Shown here: positions 43,930-57,405 of the stretch, one piece after another
How the letters are laid out: the number at the start of each line of letters is the position of its first letter
How positions within the stretch are numbered: position 1 is the stretch's first letter
Assembly (NCBI GenBank): GCA_000708835.1
Contig: DF237210.1
Coordinates: 1 to 64,000, forward strand
Reading direction: 5' to 3'
Source of the DNA: Klebsormidium nitens
Lineage: Eukaryota; Plantae; Klebsormidiophyceae
Length of the DNA stretch: 64,000 nucleotides
Program-made: the position numbers and the translations under genes
The notes under the pieces: generated by a model
Seen by the model: the letters and a program-made list of their open reading frames with translations, nothing else
What the model was told of the DNA's origin: nothing
Database searches by the model: none

Positions 43930-46900
43930 ATGCAGCGGCGCGCTTTCGGGACAATCTGGCAGCATCCTGTGCGGCGCTATCTTCTTGACAGCCGAAATAA
44001 TTCCAATCTGTCTGATGGATGTTCTTTCGTCAAGTCCACCGTCCTGCTGAACTCTGAATCACCCTCTGGCAGTACGCCAATGTCTAACGTTGTATGCAAT
44101 CAACAGGTGCGCTTTTGGGACCCCAAAGCTGTCCCAGCAGTTGCAGCAGCTAAGCTCATTGGTAGCTCCTCGTCATGGTGCATCTGCCCTGCCTTTGCTG
44201 TAAAAGCACGCAATGCTGACCATGCTCTGAAAATCAGTAGTGCTGTTCAAGTGATTTCTCATGTACACGGAGAGAGTAACTCGCACACTGGACCACGAGG
44301 AGTGCGAACACTAGCATGGCAGAGAACTGAAGCTGCGTATGACGCTGAGCGAGAGCAAGAGAATCTGCATTCTCATGCAACAGGGTTGCGAGGCTATCAA
44401 AGACCCGTCTCCCTCAAAGAGTTGAAAAGGAGGAATGAAACGCACCAAGCAGGTGATGGTGGTGGTGAACTTGTGGAACCGAGAGCAGATACAGATGCTA
44501 AAGATGCTGAGGCTTCTGGCAAGGACAAGAGGGGCAGCAACAAATCAAGCGCAGAGGTCGAAACTTTCACTTCTGGTGTGAGATCACCAAATAAGGTGAC
44601 CCCACTTAGTGGCCCGAAAGATAGACCTGCTCTGAGGCATAGACGAGCTTCAATGAGTGATTTAATCACAAGTGTAGAAAGTGTAGAATGTAACCCAACC
44701 AATCTGGTGCCTGAGTCAGCTGGTGCTACTTTCCTTCCTACGGACGGTTCGGCGAACGAGCTGCAGAGTGAAGTGACCCCGGCAAGTGGAAGTAGGGGAA
44801 TCTTAAATCCTGCACCGGAGGTGGCAAAACAGCCAGGGCCTCGCTTCTTGACAGTCGAGGATTTCCTGAGGCGTGAGGCCGAAAAGATGAGGGGGCAGGG
44901 AGTAGAGGATTCAGAAAATAATGCTTCGCTTGCACTTAACTCAATTGGAACAAGTTCCCCAATGCCCAAGAGAAATGAGCGGTCGAAGCAACGGGCTCAA
45001 AGAGCAGCGCAGAACGGTCCTCAGTGGAAAATACAATTCAAAGAGGAAGATGTTGACGAGTCTCATGAAGCAGACCCTGCAGAGATAGACGATGCCAAGG
45101 AGAAAGCGCTTTCTTTGCTGAACCGGAGGTGAGGCTGGCACTGCCCGTACTCCATATATATTGCATCAAGGTGCAACCTCAAAGGAGAAAGAAGATTGTT
45201 GGCTGCTTGTAAGCTCTGAGTTCAAAAGACGTGCTAGGAGGTGACTGAGATCTGTCTCCAGCTCGGAAGTTCGTCTCTTAATACAAGGAGGCGTTGTACG
45301 TACAACAGGGTGCCGACAAATAAGCCTCTTTCCGGCTCAGCACAGATGTACAATCTCTTTGCTTTTCCCCTTGCAGCCCCTGGTTCTCTGTTTTCTGTTC
45401 TTAGGGAAGCCTGTTCCTCCGTGCTCTTGTCAAATTGTGCAGGACGTTGGGCTTGATTGATTGTCACTAGAGATTGACCTGATGTTTACTTGAAAGTGTC
45501 GCTGCCCTCTTTCTTTAAGCTTTCAGATCCTTACAGATCCTGCCTGCTTCTCATTTCTGTCCACTCTCGCTAGCCCAGCGCCATCCTGTCCTAACATTTC
45601 TGTGTTCCCTCCTGCAGACACATTTCAGCTGCCGAGCTCCGAAATAAGCTCACTCAAAATGGCTTCCCCGCGAATGTAGTCAAAGTTGTCACTGACCGGA
45701 TGCAGGAAATGTAAGTCGCTGATTCTCACCCGAAAAGGTAACTCTTTTTCTCTTTATTACCCATTGTTCGTCAATGTTTGGACCTTGTTCGTCTTTAGCC
45801 AGAAACTTCTGAAAAGCGTTCTGGTCAAACGTCCATAATCTTGTATCTCACCAAGTCGGAGGTAAAAGCTTTGATAGAACGAAGAGAGTATCCACCAGTG
45901 AGGGACCAAGATGTCGGACAATGAGTGCGAGACGTCAAGAGGGCCAGTTGAAGCGAATGTCAAACAGTTGTCAAGCAAAGCGACCGACGATAATCAACAC
46001 TATCTTGCTGAGCCTTCGGAAATGGTGAACTTTCTTCAGCCGCTGCATGGTGGTCGATGCAACATTGTACACAACCCAAATCACACAACCAAATCAAATC
46101 GCTTTTGCAACCGAAAGTATTGCAACCGAAGGTAGAGAGTAGTACTGATAGCTGACTCGTCTAGCCTGTCTGCGCATCCAGCGGCCTACAGAACGATTTG
46201 GAGTATGCAGAAGCCTTCGCACGAGTGAGATGGCAAAGCTTCAGATGGGGCCCCGACCGAGTAAGAAGAGTAAGTTTCCTGCATTCACGAATTTACGGAT
46301 CCGCATGTCTTTCAATTTCAATCGGAATTGAATGCCTTGCAATACTGTGAATAGCAAAGGCTCAATTTAAAGATCTTTCGCTTGTCCCCTCCTGCCTCCA
46401 AGATTCCAAGGCCTTCTAGGGTGCTTTCAGGCCGGCTGTTAATAGTACCGGCACGGTTCTAAAACCATTTTTAATCTTCTGTTGGTGAGCTTACCTGACA
46501 TAGGTAGGACAAAGTGTTTGTAGGGAACGACTGCTGCAGCTGCACATACGGCTTCGATAACAAGATTCTGATGGATGAATGAGCCATGAACGTTTGGTTA
46601 GCTCGATAGTATGCGCGATATTACAAGTCGTCCCATTGTGCAGGAATTGAAAGCGAAAGGAATCAGTACGGACAACCTTGATGAGGCGATCAGAGCGATC
46701 TACGGAGATAGAGCGGACATTCTGCGGGTGAGTCCGGAAAGTGGAAGTGAGGTCGAAGAACTAGCAGGCCAACACGATGAAGAGGACGTTTCCGGTAACG
46801 TAGAAAGGGAGCTCTATGTTGCAGCAAAGCGGCACTTCCTCAGTGGTGATGGTTCGGATGTGAATAGGCGATGGAAGCGCACCGCTGACTGGCTGGCCAG

Positions 46901-46973
46901 GCGGGGGTTCAGCTGGGGAACAGCCTCGAGCATCATGGTCGCGTTAAAGGCGGAAGCAGACGTCTGGAAATAA
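43930..46973 (+). CDS. RecX: RecX-family regulatory protein with long N-terminal extension
   Basis: Exons ~43930-45128, 45618-45710, 46182-46269, 46644-46973. AKEKALSLLNRRHISAAELRNKL, GLQNDLEYAEAFARVRW..WGPDRVRRELKAKGIS, WLARRGFSW. Start codon tentative. Confidence 0.88.
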
Positions 46974-48085
46974 ACTCCGACGTAGCTCGTCCGGCACGCT
47001 TGTTTTTCAGCCTGATCGCGTGCAAGATTGGGCTAAAATCCATCTTCAGGGGCGGTTGCGCCTTGGTGATTCGACTCCTTGTAATTGGTCGAGGCCTTGC
47101 ACTTCGAAGTTGATTGAAAGCAAAAGCCGACTCAAGTGTGAACTGCGATGGATAGCGTTGTTAATAATATCAAAGGCATCTTTTCCAGGCCGCATACAAC
47201 CTTAAGTCAAACGTTAAGAGCTGTAGCTAGTGTGTCTGGTATAGGTGGCCTTACGAATAAGCATGTTGCACGAAATAGAGAGCCGCAACAGCCGCTGCAA
47301 GAGCAGCTGCGAGCCAAACAGTTTGCACTCAGCTACATTGCAACTAGCTAGGTTTATCAGGCCACTTTATATTGAGTTGATCAACCTGTTCTGGCGCCCA
47401 AGGTGTTTATTAAAAGTCCTGCCAACAACCCATGATCTCTAGCAGCGATGTACATGCTCTACCTTATATAGCAGCGGCCAAACATCGAGCGTGCGCGTGA
47501 CGAAGACGGTCGTTCGCGGTTGTCATGGCCGGCCAGCTTGATCCTTGAATCCGGCTCCGGTCGCCAGAGCTTCAGTGCATTCTTGCAAATAGGCACGAAT
47601 TGTCTACATCGATACAAGTAAGTGCATGGAATCGAATTGGCAATGTAAAGGAGTACGTGCCATGGGGTGAACAGCGCTCCGCCGTCAATCCCGATCGCCT
47701 TCATGCCAGATCTGCTGCACGTACATGCACTGCATGCAGCAGCTCTTGCACATGGTTCCAGAGAGACATCAAATTAAAGCTGATTGCTAGGTCGAAATCC
47801 GCATTTAACGTGAACCTCGTGCGGCGGCAAGTCCAGTAATTGCGCGTGTCCAGGAGCCGCGTTGCGGCATTACGCGGCCGCTCATTTAGACCACGCGGCC
47901 GCTTCGCTGCCATCCAGCATCTCGCATGCCATCCACTTTTCTTTCACAACTTGCTGCTTGGCACCATTCCAGCATTCTTTTGAAAAGTTTCAGAATCCCC
48001 ATGTTCAGGCCGGTTTCCGGCCTTGGGTACAAGTTGCAAACATTCTTTCAAGCTGCAATCGAAATTGTAAGCTAGACGTAGTCTT

Positions 48086-51000
48086 ATGGCCGGCACCAGT
48101 TTTGTGCGAGCTGGTCAGTCCGGAAAGGCTTCTCTGCCTGGAACCAAGCCGGGTCGTCATGGCCAAACCCTTGTGTCCACAGGGATCCAGGAGCTAGACC
48201 ATCTACTGGGAGGTGGCCTGCAGCTGGGGACTTTGACACTGTTGCTGACTGATGGTTGGGCGCCTCATTTGCACGAGCTGCTTCTGAAGCACTTGATGAG
48301 TCAGGTGCGCCTGCTGGCTTTCTCCCATAGCTTGATGGTCTTGTTGTCTACATCTATACCATCTCCCCATCGGCTGGAAGGAGTGTTCTCTAAGTGAAAG
48401 CAATGTGGCAATATGTAGCTTGAACTGGCTCACAATCTTCTACTTTTATCACTAGCTTGCCGGCAAAGATAGTTCATGTCCCCGTTTTCTGACCCTCTCC
48501 AGACCCAACCTCTCTACTTATCAGAATTTTGACAATGCTGTGACAATGCAGCAGGTTCTGCCCCACAAGATGACCTGGCACTTCCCAGATCTTGGTACTG
48601 CAAGGCTTTGCCATCTTGAAACTGCTTTACATGAGTGAGCTTCTGACCACTGATAAAGGAGCTTTGATGGAACGCCAAACGTTCATACCAATCATGCTAA
48701 AACTCTAATGCAGGCAGTGGCCCATGCCCAGCCTCTTCTATATGCAAGTACCCACCCCCTGCCTGCAGACTTTCTCACCCGCCTTCCCGTGGTCACAGAG
48801 AAAAGGGAAGAAGATGCAAAGGAAGCCCCTGCTGCTTCTGGGGTCCAGGAGGTGAGGGCTTCTGTTGCGATCTTCCATCAACCCTTCTTGTACATTTCAG
48901 ACTTGCTTTATACTCTCTTCTTGTTGTTCAGTCATCTATGGAGTAATGCAATTGAGTTCTGTGAATCAAGCGCACAGCAAAGATGAGTATCATTGGCGCA
49001 GGGCTCCTGCCATAATCTGCTGAAGCATTGATCAATTTGGTGATCCAACCGATTGGGGCCATGCACTCTTCCAGCATCAAAGTGTCATGTGATGTGATTG
49101 GCCTGCAGATGTAATTGCAGACCACCTGTGTACGAATGCAAACAGGCTTTCAACTTACTATTTTATTCTGTTCGCCGTAACAGTCCGACATTTCCAATCA
49201 CGTCAACAACCTTCGACGGGCCTGAGGCCCTCAGTCAGGACCAGGTACTCAGTCTCGCAGATCCATTTTTGGACCTAATCCAACCTCGACCTCTTGCTTA
49301 ACCAGGGTCGTCGCTAACAGAGCCACTTACAGACGTAACCGAGTTTGCCGAACCCGCTTGTCACTTCCAGGGTCAGTCAGGCCTGCGTATTGCCTGGCAG
49401 TACCAACGATACCTGGACGAGCAAAAGGCACTTGAGGAGCGGCGCACTCGGCAGCGGGAAGCAACGGCGTCGGCCACCGCGAGCACCGATGAGGCGATGC
49501 CTTCCCTTCACAGCTCTTTCTCTCGGCCTACTGTGCGCTCGGCGTTCAAAGCAAGCTCAAGGCCAGGTAAGATGGTTTTCCCGAAACGCTTTGCATTTTA
49601 TTTCTTGTCGGACATGATGAGGCGAGTTGCGGCTGACAGATTGCTTGAATGAGTGGGCAAGAGGTGGAAAATACTGTATTGCTCCGTCACCTCGAAGAAG
49701 ACCACCATCTGTGGCCCGTTCTCAAAAGATGATTACCCCTCTAGGATTTTCAATGAATTCATCGAGGTCATTACAATCGTTCGACTGGTCAAGATCCGCA
49801 GATGGATACACGCATTGTTTCTTAAACAAGAATCCCTCTTTCGCTGGTCACGGCAGCCTGAGGACGGAAGCGTCTCGTCAGGAATCATAGTCTTTCGCAG
49901 TCAGGTCGTTAGACGAGAGCCTCTCAGAACAAAGTCACTTTGATTATTACCACCGGCCCACGTTCAAAATCAGTCCTCGCCACCCACGTTCACAGGCGGT
50001 AGTCGTCCCTTCCGTGTCGCATCTGCATCTGTCTTTTTCATCAAGTCGCGAGTATTGCTCGAATGCCCTCTGACGCTGATTTAGTCGAAGCAAGGGAAGC
50101 TGCCACCCTTTCGTCCTTTACATCACGCCAACTTCGAAGCCAAGTTCGACTCAAGGTGGTGTTCCTTCTCATATTGCTTGAACACCGCTTCCGAAGACAA
50201 CAATCCCCAGAGACTGAGTGGCAGCAATGGGACTGAAGCCTTTCTCGAATTCGCAGAGGCGCCCCCCCCCCTCGACTTCTGCTCCTCCTTCGACCTCCGA
50301 AAGCAGCTCGGGAAGGAAGTGCTGCGGCTTGACACCGTGCACCACCACAGCATAGCAGACCTGCCCGCACTCCACGCGCAGTGTCAAGACTTCGTGGAGC
50401 GGCTAAGGCCCAACCGGGATGTGGGCAGGATTGTCGTGCACGGCCTTGGACAGATACCCTGGGAGGATCCGGCTGAGGTGAGAAGAGCGCGGATTCTCTT
50501 TTCCGCTGCGGAGTGTGCCTGTGCCGATTGACGGGATGACGAGAAGGTGTTTATAGAAGCCCGGCCGTTTTCTTGTATCGCCTCGTTCGGTTGCCGCGGT
50601 CTGCTTGGGCGATAGCTGCTTCATGAGATGTCCAGGGAAGGCAAGGGCGACGGTTTGTTTACTCTGCCTCCCCTCCAATCGTTTCGCGTGTTCGTCCTTC
50701 TGGTCTCGTCCTCTGCTTCCAGAACGTTTCTTGCTGCCTTCACGTGGACCTTCCATATCTGTCTGCACGAAAGCCCTCTAGTTGAGAGCGTTCTCTGGCA
50801 TTAAAGGACTTATCTGGAAAACCCCAAACCTCCCCATCTACCGCACCAATAATCGTGATACCGGGTACACTTTACCCTTGCATAATGGTGAACGCTAAAC
50901 GGGCTTTCCGATCAAGTCGGACGAGTTGACTCAATCAGTGAGTTGCGCCGAAATCAGGTTTATCGCAGACCTAACTTCGCGCAGGACTGGCGATACCTGG

Positions 51001-52060
51001 CCCTGCTGCGCTCCCTCAAGGGCCTCGTCCGGACACACCCGGCGTCCGTCGCTCTAGTTACGCTGCCCACGGGGTCACTTCCCCCGGGCTTCCTGATGCG
51101 CGCGCAGCACGTGGCGGACACCGTTCTAGAGACGCAGGCGGTCGATGAGGACGACAAGGAACTGGCGGCGATGTTTTCGTACTACGGCGAGATCCAGGGG
51201 CTGCTTCACGTCCATAAACTTGCGCTGGTAAACACGCAGGTGCGTTCAGCCTCCCTCCCCTCTTTTGTGCTTCTTTTGCTGCATTTCATAAACTGGCGCT
51301 CAGAAACGCGCAGCTTCGTCCAGTTCCCGCTCCGCCGGTGTCCTCCATTTTCGTGCTCTCCTTTGCTGCTAGTGGAAGCGGAGAAACGGAGACGACAGCC
51401 TCATGGGGCTTTCTATTCGGATCACTCTGTCTTTGAGGCAGTCCTTTTGATTGGAGGGGCCTCATTTGAAAAAGTATATTGCAGGGATATTGCTCTGATT
51501 CACTTTCCAAAAGTGTGTTGTGCTAGTCCGCTGGCCGACTTCTTTCAAGATGGTTGAGTTCTCCCGCTCACCTTTCACTTCGGACGCCGTGTTATGGGCG
51601 CTGTTACACACATGGCCCGGCTTGTTTTTCGCTCCAGGATTTGGAGCGGCCGTTCGTCGTTCCTCTGTCCTCTTTCGAGCGTCTTTTTGGTAATGTCCTT
51701 AAACGGCGGATATTAAAGACTGCCAGTGCTAAGATCATAACGAGAAAGTACGAAAGTGTTCTTCTGTGGGGGTATGCAAGGCCCAGCTTGTAGGTTGATG
51801 TGACTACATTGCCGGTGCTCTTTTTACCACGGGCAGGAACCTCGGTTTCTTTCGGCATCTCGCAGGTGCCGTTCATTCCTGAAGCGACCAGTGTGGCAGT
51901 CAGCATCGTTCGGCGGAAACGACTGACGCTAGAAAAGATGCATATTGCTCCCGCCTTCGATGATGATGTGCAAGAGGCTGGTGCCGGCGGCAGTCGAGCG
52001 GCCGTTTCAGCGGTCGCATGTGTGGGGCCCAAAAACGCCCCGTCGGTTCTCGACTTCTGA
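48086..52060 (+). CDS. ELP4: Elongator complex protein 4 (PAXNEB)
   Basis: Exons 48086-48304, 48714-48851, 49371-49566, ~50197-50477 (acceptor uncertain), 50985-51239, 51866-52060. GTKPGRHGQTLVSTGIQELDHLLGGGLQLG, GLRIAWQYQRY, FCSSFDLRK, LLRSLKGLVR, RRKRLTLEKMHIAP. Confidence 0.92.
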
Positions 52061-53203
52061 CTGTTCGTCAGGTGATCAAGCCGAGGGCGGTGCAGATTTA
52101 TCACGCTGAGTCAGCTGCTCATGCAATCGCTCACGTGGATAGTTTCCTCTCGATATTGAGTGGCATAAGCTCACTGTGATTGGTTTGTGCCTACTGCTAA
52201 CCAATCAATCATCATAAGTGGCCGCCCACAATCTGCACATTGGACTGTGCAGTCGCGTACCTGTGCATGAACATGATGCCAAGAGCGAGCCGCTTGAATC
52301 TTTGGTTGCTCAACACACCTTTGTGTGGCGCTGCAGAGGTGCAAACGGCACGCCCGACATGGACGCCTTTTTAGCAAGCTGCTGCATGGGCCGGCGAGGC
52401 GGCCTAGCGCTTGTCATACTTAACCGAAAATTGCTACGGAAAGCATTCATTTCGGATTCGCGCTCGCCGCCAGGCCCGGGCGCTGTACGGTATACACATT
52501 CGCATAAAGCGCATGCCCAACTCAACTGTAGCTAGGATTGATCGATCCGCGCGCGCCGGGCCCAGCATGCAATCGTTCTGCAGAGTAACTATACCTTGCA
52601 TGCCACGGCATACGCGATGATACTCCTTTGACGAGTTAAATCACAGCTACATATATGTCATGATATAATGATTCTGCCATGCTCGTATTATAAGTACAGC
52701 TCGATCTGATATTGAATTAATGAGTTGGTGGCGCAGGGGAGGTACGTCACTTGCGATAAAGCTTGATTGAACCTAGCCTTCATGTTCTCAATGACATATA
52801 ATCATGTAAAACTGTCCCTGCACATGGGCGTCTTATGCATGCAACGCGCCGCACTAAGTTCGAGTGGCGATGATATTGTGCAAGCTCTACAGCTTATAAT
52901 TGCATGCTCGACAATTAGTCGCGATTGCAACCGTCCAGCCAGGGCCGGATCCAATAGCAAACTACGAACATCATTGCACTGCCGCGCTCATTCATTCTGG
53001 CCGCAACAGAAGCATGCCATAGAAGACTCAAGGATCTGCCAAAGCTCCATCCAACATCGATTCAACTTGGACTTGATGTGCGGGCAGCAGCTGCTTATTG
53101 AATGGAGACCGGACCATAAAGCCAGTGCAAACTTTCTGTATACTGTGTGTCACCCCGTTCAATCGAAAAAGTACTTTTAAAAAGTCGATGAAATCACCCA
53201 AAA

Positions 53204-54766
53204 TCAGCTGACTTTCCTTATTAGAAGGTACAGTCTTTGATCTTGTTCTAGCTTTTGTAGTTGCTCAGGGTCTCCTCGAAGCATCATGAGGAGGCCTCCA
53301 AACGAGATGTATATCTCCCTGCATTGGCAAAGTGAAATCTGAGCCCTGGCCGAGACAATGCGCCTGAAAGATGCTGACAGCAACAACTTTCAATCTGCCT
53401 TACAAGGACTAACAGCAGGGCGCACGGTCTTAACACAAGAGATTGTTCACTAGGTGAACGTGACCATTCGCATTCTACTAGCGGACCCCGCAAACCCGCA
53501 GCTAGGAAACTCTCATTCACTGATTCAGTATCGTAGAGCAATGGGCGGTGCACTCACCCTTTTTTGCTTCTTTCCTCCACTGCATACTTGTAGAGCTTGC
53601 CGTGCATGACGTACTCGTACTTGTCGGCTAGATTAGGCTCCCCACTCTGTGTCAAACGTTTCGCGCCTCAGTGGGACGGTCTCTGCCAGCAAGCTGCCAT
53701 CTGACACAATCTCAAGCAACGCGTCGGAAGATGATGCCAATAGCTCCTGTTGGATGCATATCTGACAGGGTGTGCTATAGGGCCGGTAGAAGTTAGAGGA
53801 ATGGAGACACACATTTACTATGAATATCACACGCGCCCTCGTGTTATTAGGCCACAAAGGTCTTGAAGAGATCATAACACGTGTTCCTTGAAAATACACA
53901 GGCGATTCCTCTAAACCTCTCTAAAGAGACCAAGACTCTGAAACAAGTAGAGGTTGCCACCCCGTGGGTTGACAAACCACCAGCTTGCTCTCATTGAGAA
54001 GAGAAAACAAGGCCTTTGGGAAAGAGGCAGGCTCACTTGGTCAAAGTATGCGCTGTCCTGGACGCCTTCCCGCAGGCTCAGTTTGGGCGCCAGCGCCAGG
54101 GTGAACTTATCATCCTTATTCAGCGGGTACAGGAACGTGTTGACGTCCAGTATCAAGTCCATCTCGAACTGTTCCCCGACGCCGATCAACCTGGAAACTG
54201 GATGCATGAACTGCAATTCAGGTATTTGCACAAGGATGTGGTCTGAGCAAACCAATTACAACAGCATTTTGCATTGTAGCAGCGGCCAGAAAAACCTCTG
54301 CGTTCCCCAAAGTCCACCGGACAGACACAGTTCTTGGCGTAAAGCTGTACCACCCACCGTGGTAGTAATCTTTTGCACCACCCACCATCAGACACACTCA
54401 TGCTTGTTGCAGCATTTATAGAGTCTCTATCTGACTCAGGAGTCCGTCCATATCAAAAAGTGGGCGGCCCAATGTAGACAGGGTGCCCTTTGACAATCGT
54501 GCATGATCTTACTCTGCCCACAGGTTTGCACTTCTGCCACACCACCTAGATATTTAACGAGCTCTAGAGGGCTCCGCTCAGCTACCCTACACAAACATTG
54601 ACGTAAAGAAGAGCAGCATGGCACCAGGAACCAGCCTTTGCAAGCTAAAGATACATAGAGATGCTATGCACAAACCTCTGTCAAATTTTCGCCCGTCTGG
54701 ATCCTTCTTCGTGACAGTGAAAATGTCTTCAAAGTATATCTCGCCCCTGCCTTCGGTTGACGACAT
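53204..54766 (-). CDS. RPB8: RNA polymerase I/II/III common subunit RPABC3
   Basis: Exons 54766-54676, 54197-54037, 53646-53558, 53318-53204. [67 protein letters not shown]. Confidence 0.97.
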
Positions 54767-55435
54767 TTTTCGAGAGTCGCTGTCAGTTGCGCCTGCTGCA
54801 GAAACGTTTCTGATTGGTGGCTTCAAGCACAATGGGGGATCCCACGAGGAGAGAGCCGCTGCGCAGAGAATGAGATGCGATCCGCGAAGAATGGAGGAAG
54901 GCGCCTGGCTTCAACTGTTTTGTCTTGGACGTTGTTGTCAATGCTGAGCTTGAACTTGAAGCTGCAACTTCAAGCAGGCTGCATGAGAAGCAATAGTTGC
55001 CAGTCCAGACAAATGGAAGCACCAACAATCTGCCATATTTGAACGGTTCTTGCAGAGTATCGGATTGCGAATCTAGACAATGGTTTTTAACGGCTTGCAT
55101 TTGCAGTATCGGTAGGGCTCTTTTCGATATACCTATTTTATTAACGCTCTCAAAACAAGGCCTCAAATGCATTCAAAACATGCATATATTCTGGCGGTGA
55201 AAAAGGGCGTCTGAGTCTTAATATTATCATAATACTCGAAGATTATCCTCTTGAGCTCAGGTGACAGAACTTGATTCTGATCAGGAAAACAGCTTGGGCG
55301 CTGCGTTTCTGCTGGACGTGAAGTTGAGGGCTGTCACTTCATTGTCCACGATTGGCTGAGGAACAACCCCGATCAAGCTGTTCTTTGCAAGAAGTCTGCT
55401 GCTAAAGGATACGCGGAGAAGAGACGCACGCAGAC

Positions 55436-56362
55436 ATGCCGACGGCTCCAATTCTGAAACTTGTCCACCAAATCCGGCCGCAAAACACCGACTTTAAGGC
55501 AGCGGTGGGATGGGGCGTGACTGCTGGTTTAGCAGCACTCTGGCTGATCCAGGTGAGCTTCACCAAGCATAAGAGCAATGCAAGTGTTTGTAGTTGGTGA
55601 TCTTTTTCAGTCCTGGGTGGCAACTGATGCATGAATTGGACTTTGATGAGTGGTCCTTGCAAAAGCATGGATTGCTTCCTGGCTGCGCTTCTGGGAGTTT
55701 CGAGGCAGTCCATACTGGTGATCTAATATTCAGAACACATATGGCTGATGCAATCGCTTAAAAAAGCTCTGGTCTACTTATTACCCACCGAGCCAACCAA
55801 ATGAAATTCATTGCATTGTGTACCGGAAGGAGCTCAATTGCTCTCCTCCGGCAGGCCTGCACCTTGGCATCTCTCATGCCACCTGATGAGTATAAGGAGC
55901 CTCTTAAGCTTTTCGCATGCGCAAGGAGCCTCTCAGCTTGCAATTGCCAACTGGTATGTTCTTAAGTGCAACACACTTTTTCTGTGTCCTACCGAAAGTA
56001 CGAAGCTTGACATTGATGAAGAGAGCTGAGGTCCGCTGCGCACAGCAGCAACGTAGAATCGGTGTCAATCGTCCATTCGGCCACAAGTTTGATCTGTGCA
56101 AGATCCTGAGCATTGGTGGGCCAACATGAGTGTCAGCATTTATAGATTGAGGTGCAACCACTCGTTGTTGATGCACGCCACCTGCTCTACTTATGGGGGA
56201 TTGGCTGCTCACTAGGGGAGGTTTCGTAGATCCCGACAAAGTATTTCAGACGGAATGTCTCTTGGGGGGTCCTGAATCCTCATCTCTCTGTCGTTGCAGC
56301 CATTCCCTTGGATAAAGGCACAGTTCGAAAAGCCCAAAGAGGAAGCGGGTTCGACAAGCTGA
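55436..56362 (+). CDS. QCR10: cytochrome bc1 complex small subunit (plant QCR10/UQCR11-type, 59 aa)
   Basis: Exons 55436-55552 and 56300-56362: MPTAPILKLVHQIRPQNTDFKAAVGWGVTAGLAALWLIQ|PFPWIKAQFEKPKEEAGSTS*, matching the AAxxWG..A.W..QPF.W pattern. Confidence 0.85.
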
Positions 56363-57405
56363 CACATTGATAAACAAGTTCTTTCGGTGTGATTTGAATC
56401 CCTTCTATATCTACCCCGTCTCTTGAACACAAGACATGCTTGCTTGAGTGTAGTTCATGGAGACATACCAAGGAAGGGGCCATGTAGTTAGCAAAGGGCA
56501 TACCACCATACACAGCTGCCAACCTTGCGGAACGGTTTTGAAAGTGGACCTTTGCTTTTGAGGACCCTTTCACTTCAGATATCATTCTTTATCATCCTGC
56601 TAAGATACATACAGGAGCACAACCTTCCTTTCCCATTCTGAAAGAAGCTCATATCATAGCTGCGGAGCAGACTTGTCGAACATTGTTCCGACACGTTCCA
56701 GCATTACCGTGTGATTGTTCGAGGGCCTGCCTGTCCTGTGGTCAAGCCAGTGTTTGCACATGTCTCTGCCTCCGTTTGCCTGTTTCATTGAGGCCATAAA
56801 ATTGTTTACTGGTCATGTACTTGCTCCAGATTCGCAGCCATGCACCAGGATTTTGAAAGACTGTATATTACATATGGAATTGAATTTTCCATGTCGCATA
56901 TATTAGAGTATAGGTATATCAGAATGCTCTGCAATCGGCACTAATGTTCGTATATCATGTGCACCGTATGTACGTGTCTATATATATATATAGCTGCCGG
57001 TGTTTCTAGACTGTTCAATCCGTTATAGATAGGCCGGTAGTGTAGTGTATTGTGTATATGGCGCCACGCGCCGGGCCCTCACATGAGATTGCCATGCAAC
57101 GAACTGGCTTGCGACATGGACATTGCACACAATCAACTCGATCATTACAGCGCAATAATGTAGAGCTGCGAACATTTGGAGTTTTGAATTGGTGGCATAA
57201 AAGCGCGATATCGATGTGCATACAACATTACAATGGGAGTCATGTCATGTAGCGCCATCAGTGGTTGCAAAGCGCGGATGTTATGATCTGGCTGCACCCG
57301 GTCTTGCATGCATGGTAAAAATAACACCCTAAGCAGCGTATCAGCAATGCCAAACATGACAAGCATGTAAGTAGAGAGATCTAGAAAGGTAGAAGCGAGG
57401 ACTCA

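Noticed and set aside
49616-49720. Possible intronic C/D snoRNA (ATGATGA..CTGA) in an ELP4 intron
   Set aside because: No properly spaced terminal D box or terminal stem.
56212-56430. F-box-like DIPSEILCR motif in a minus ORF
   Set aside because: Antisense to QCR10 exon 2; the rest of the F-box pattern is absent.
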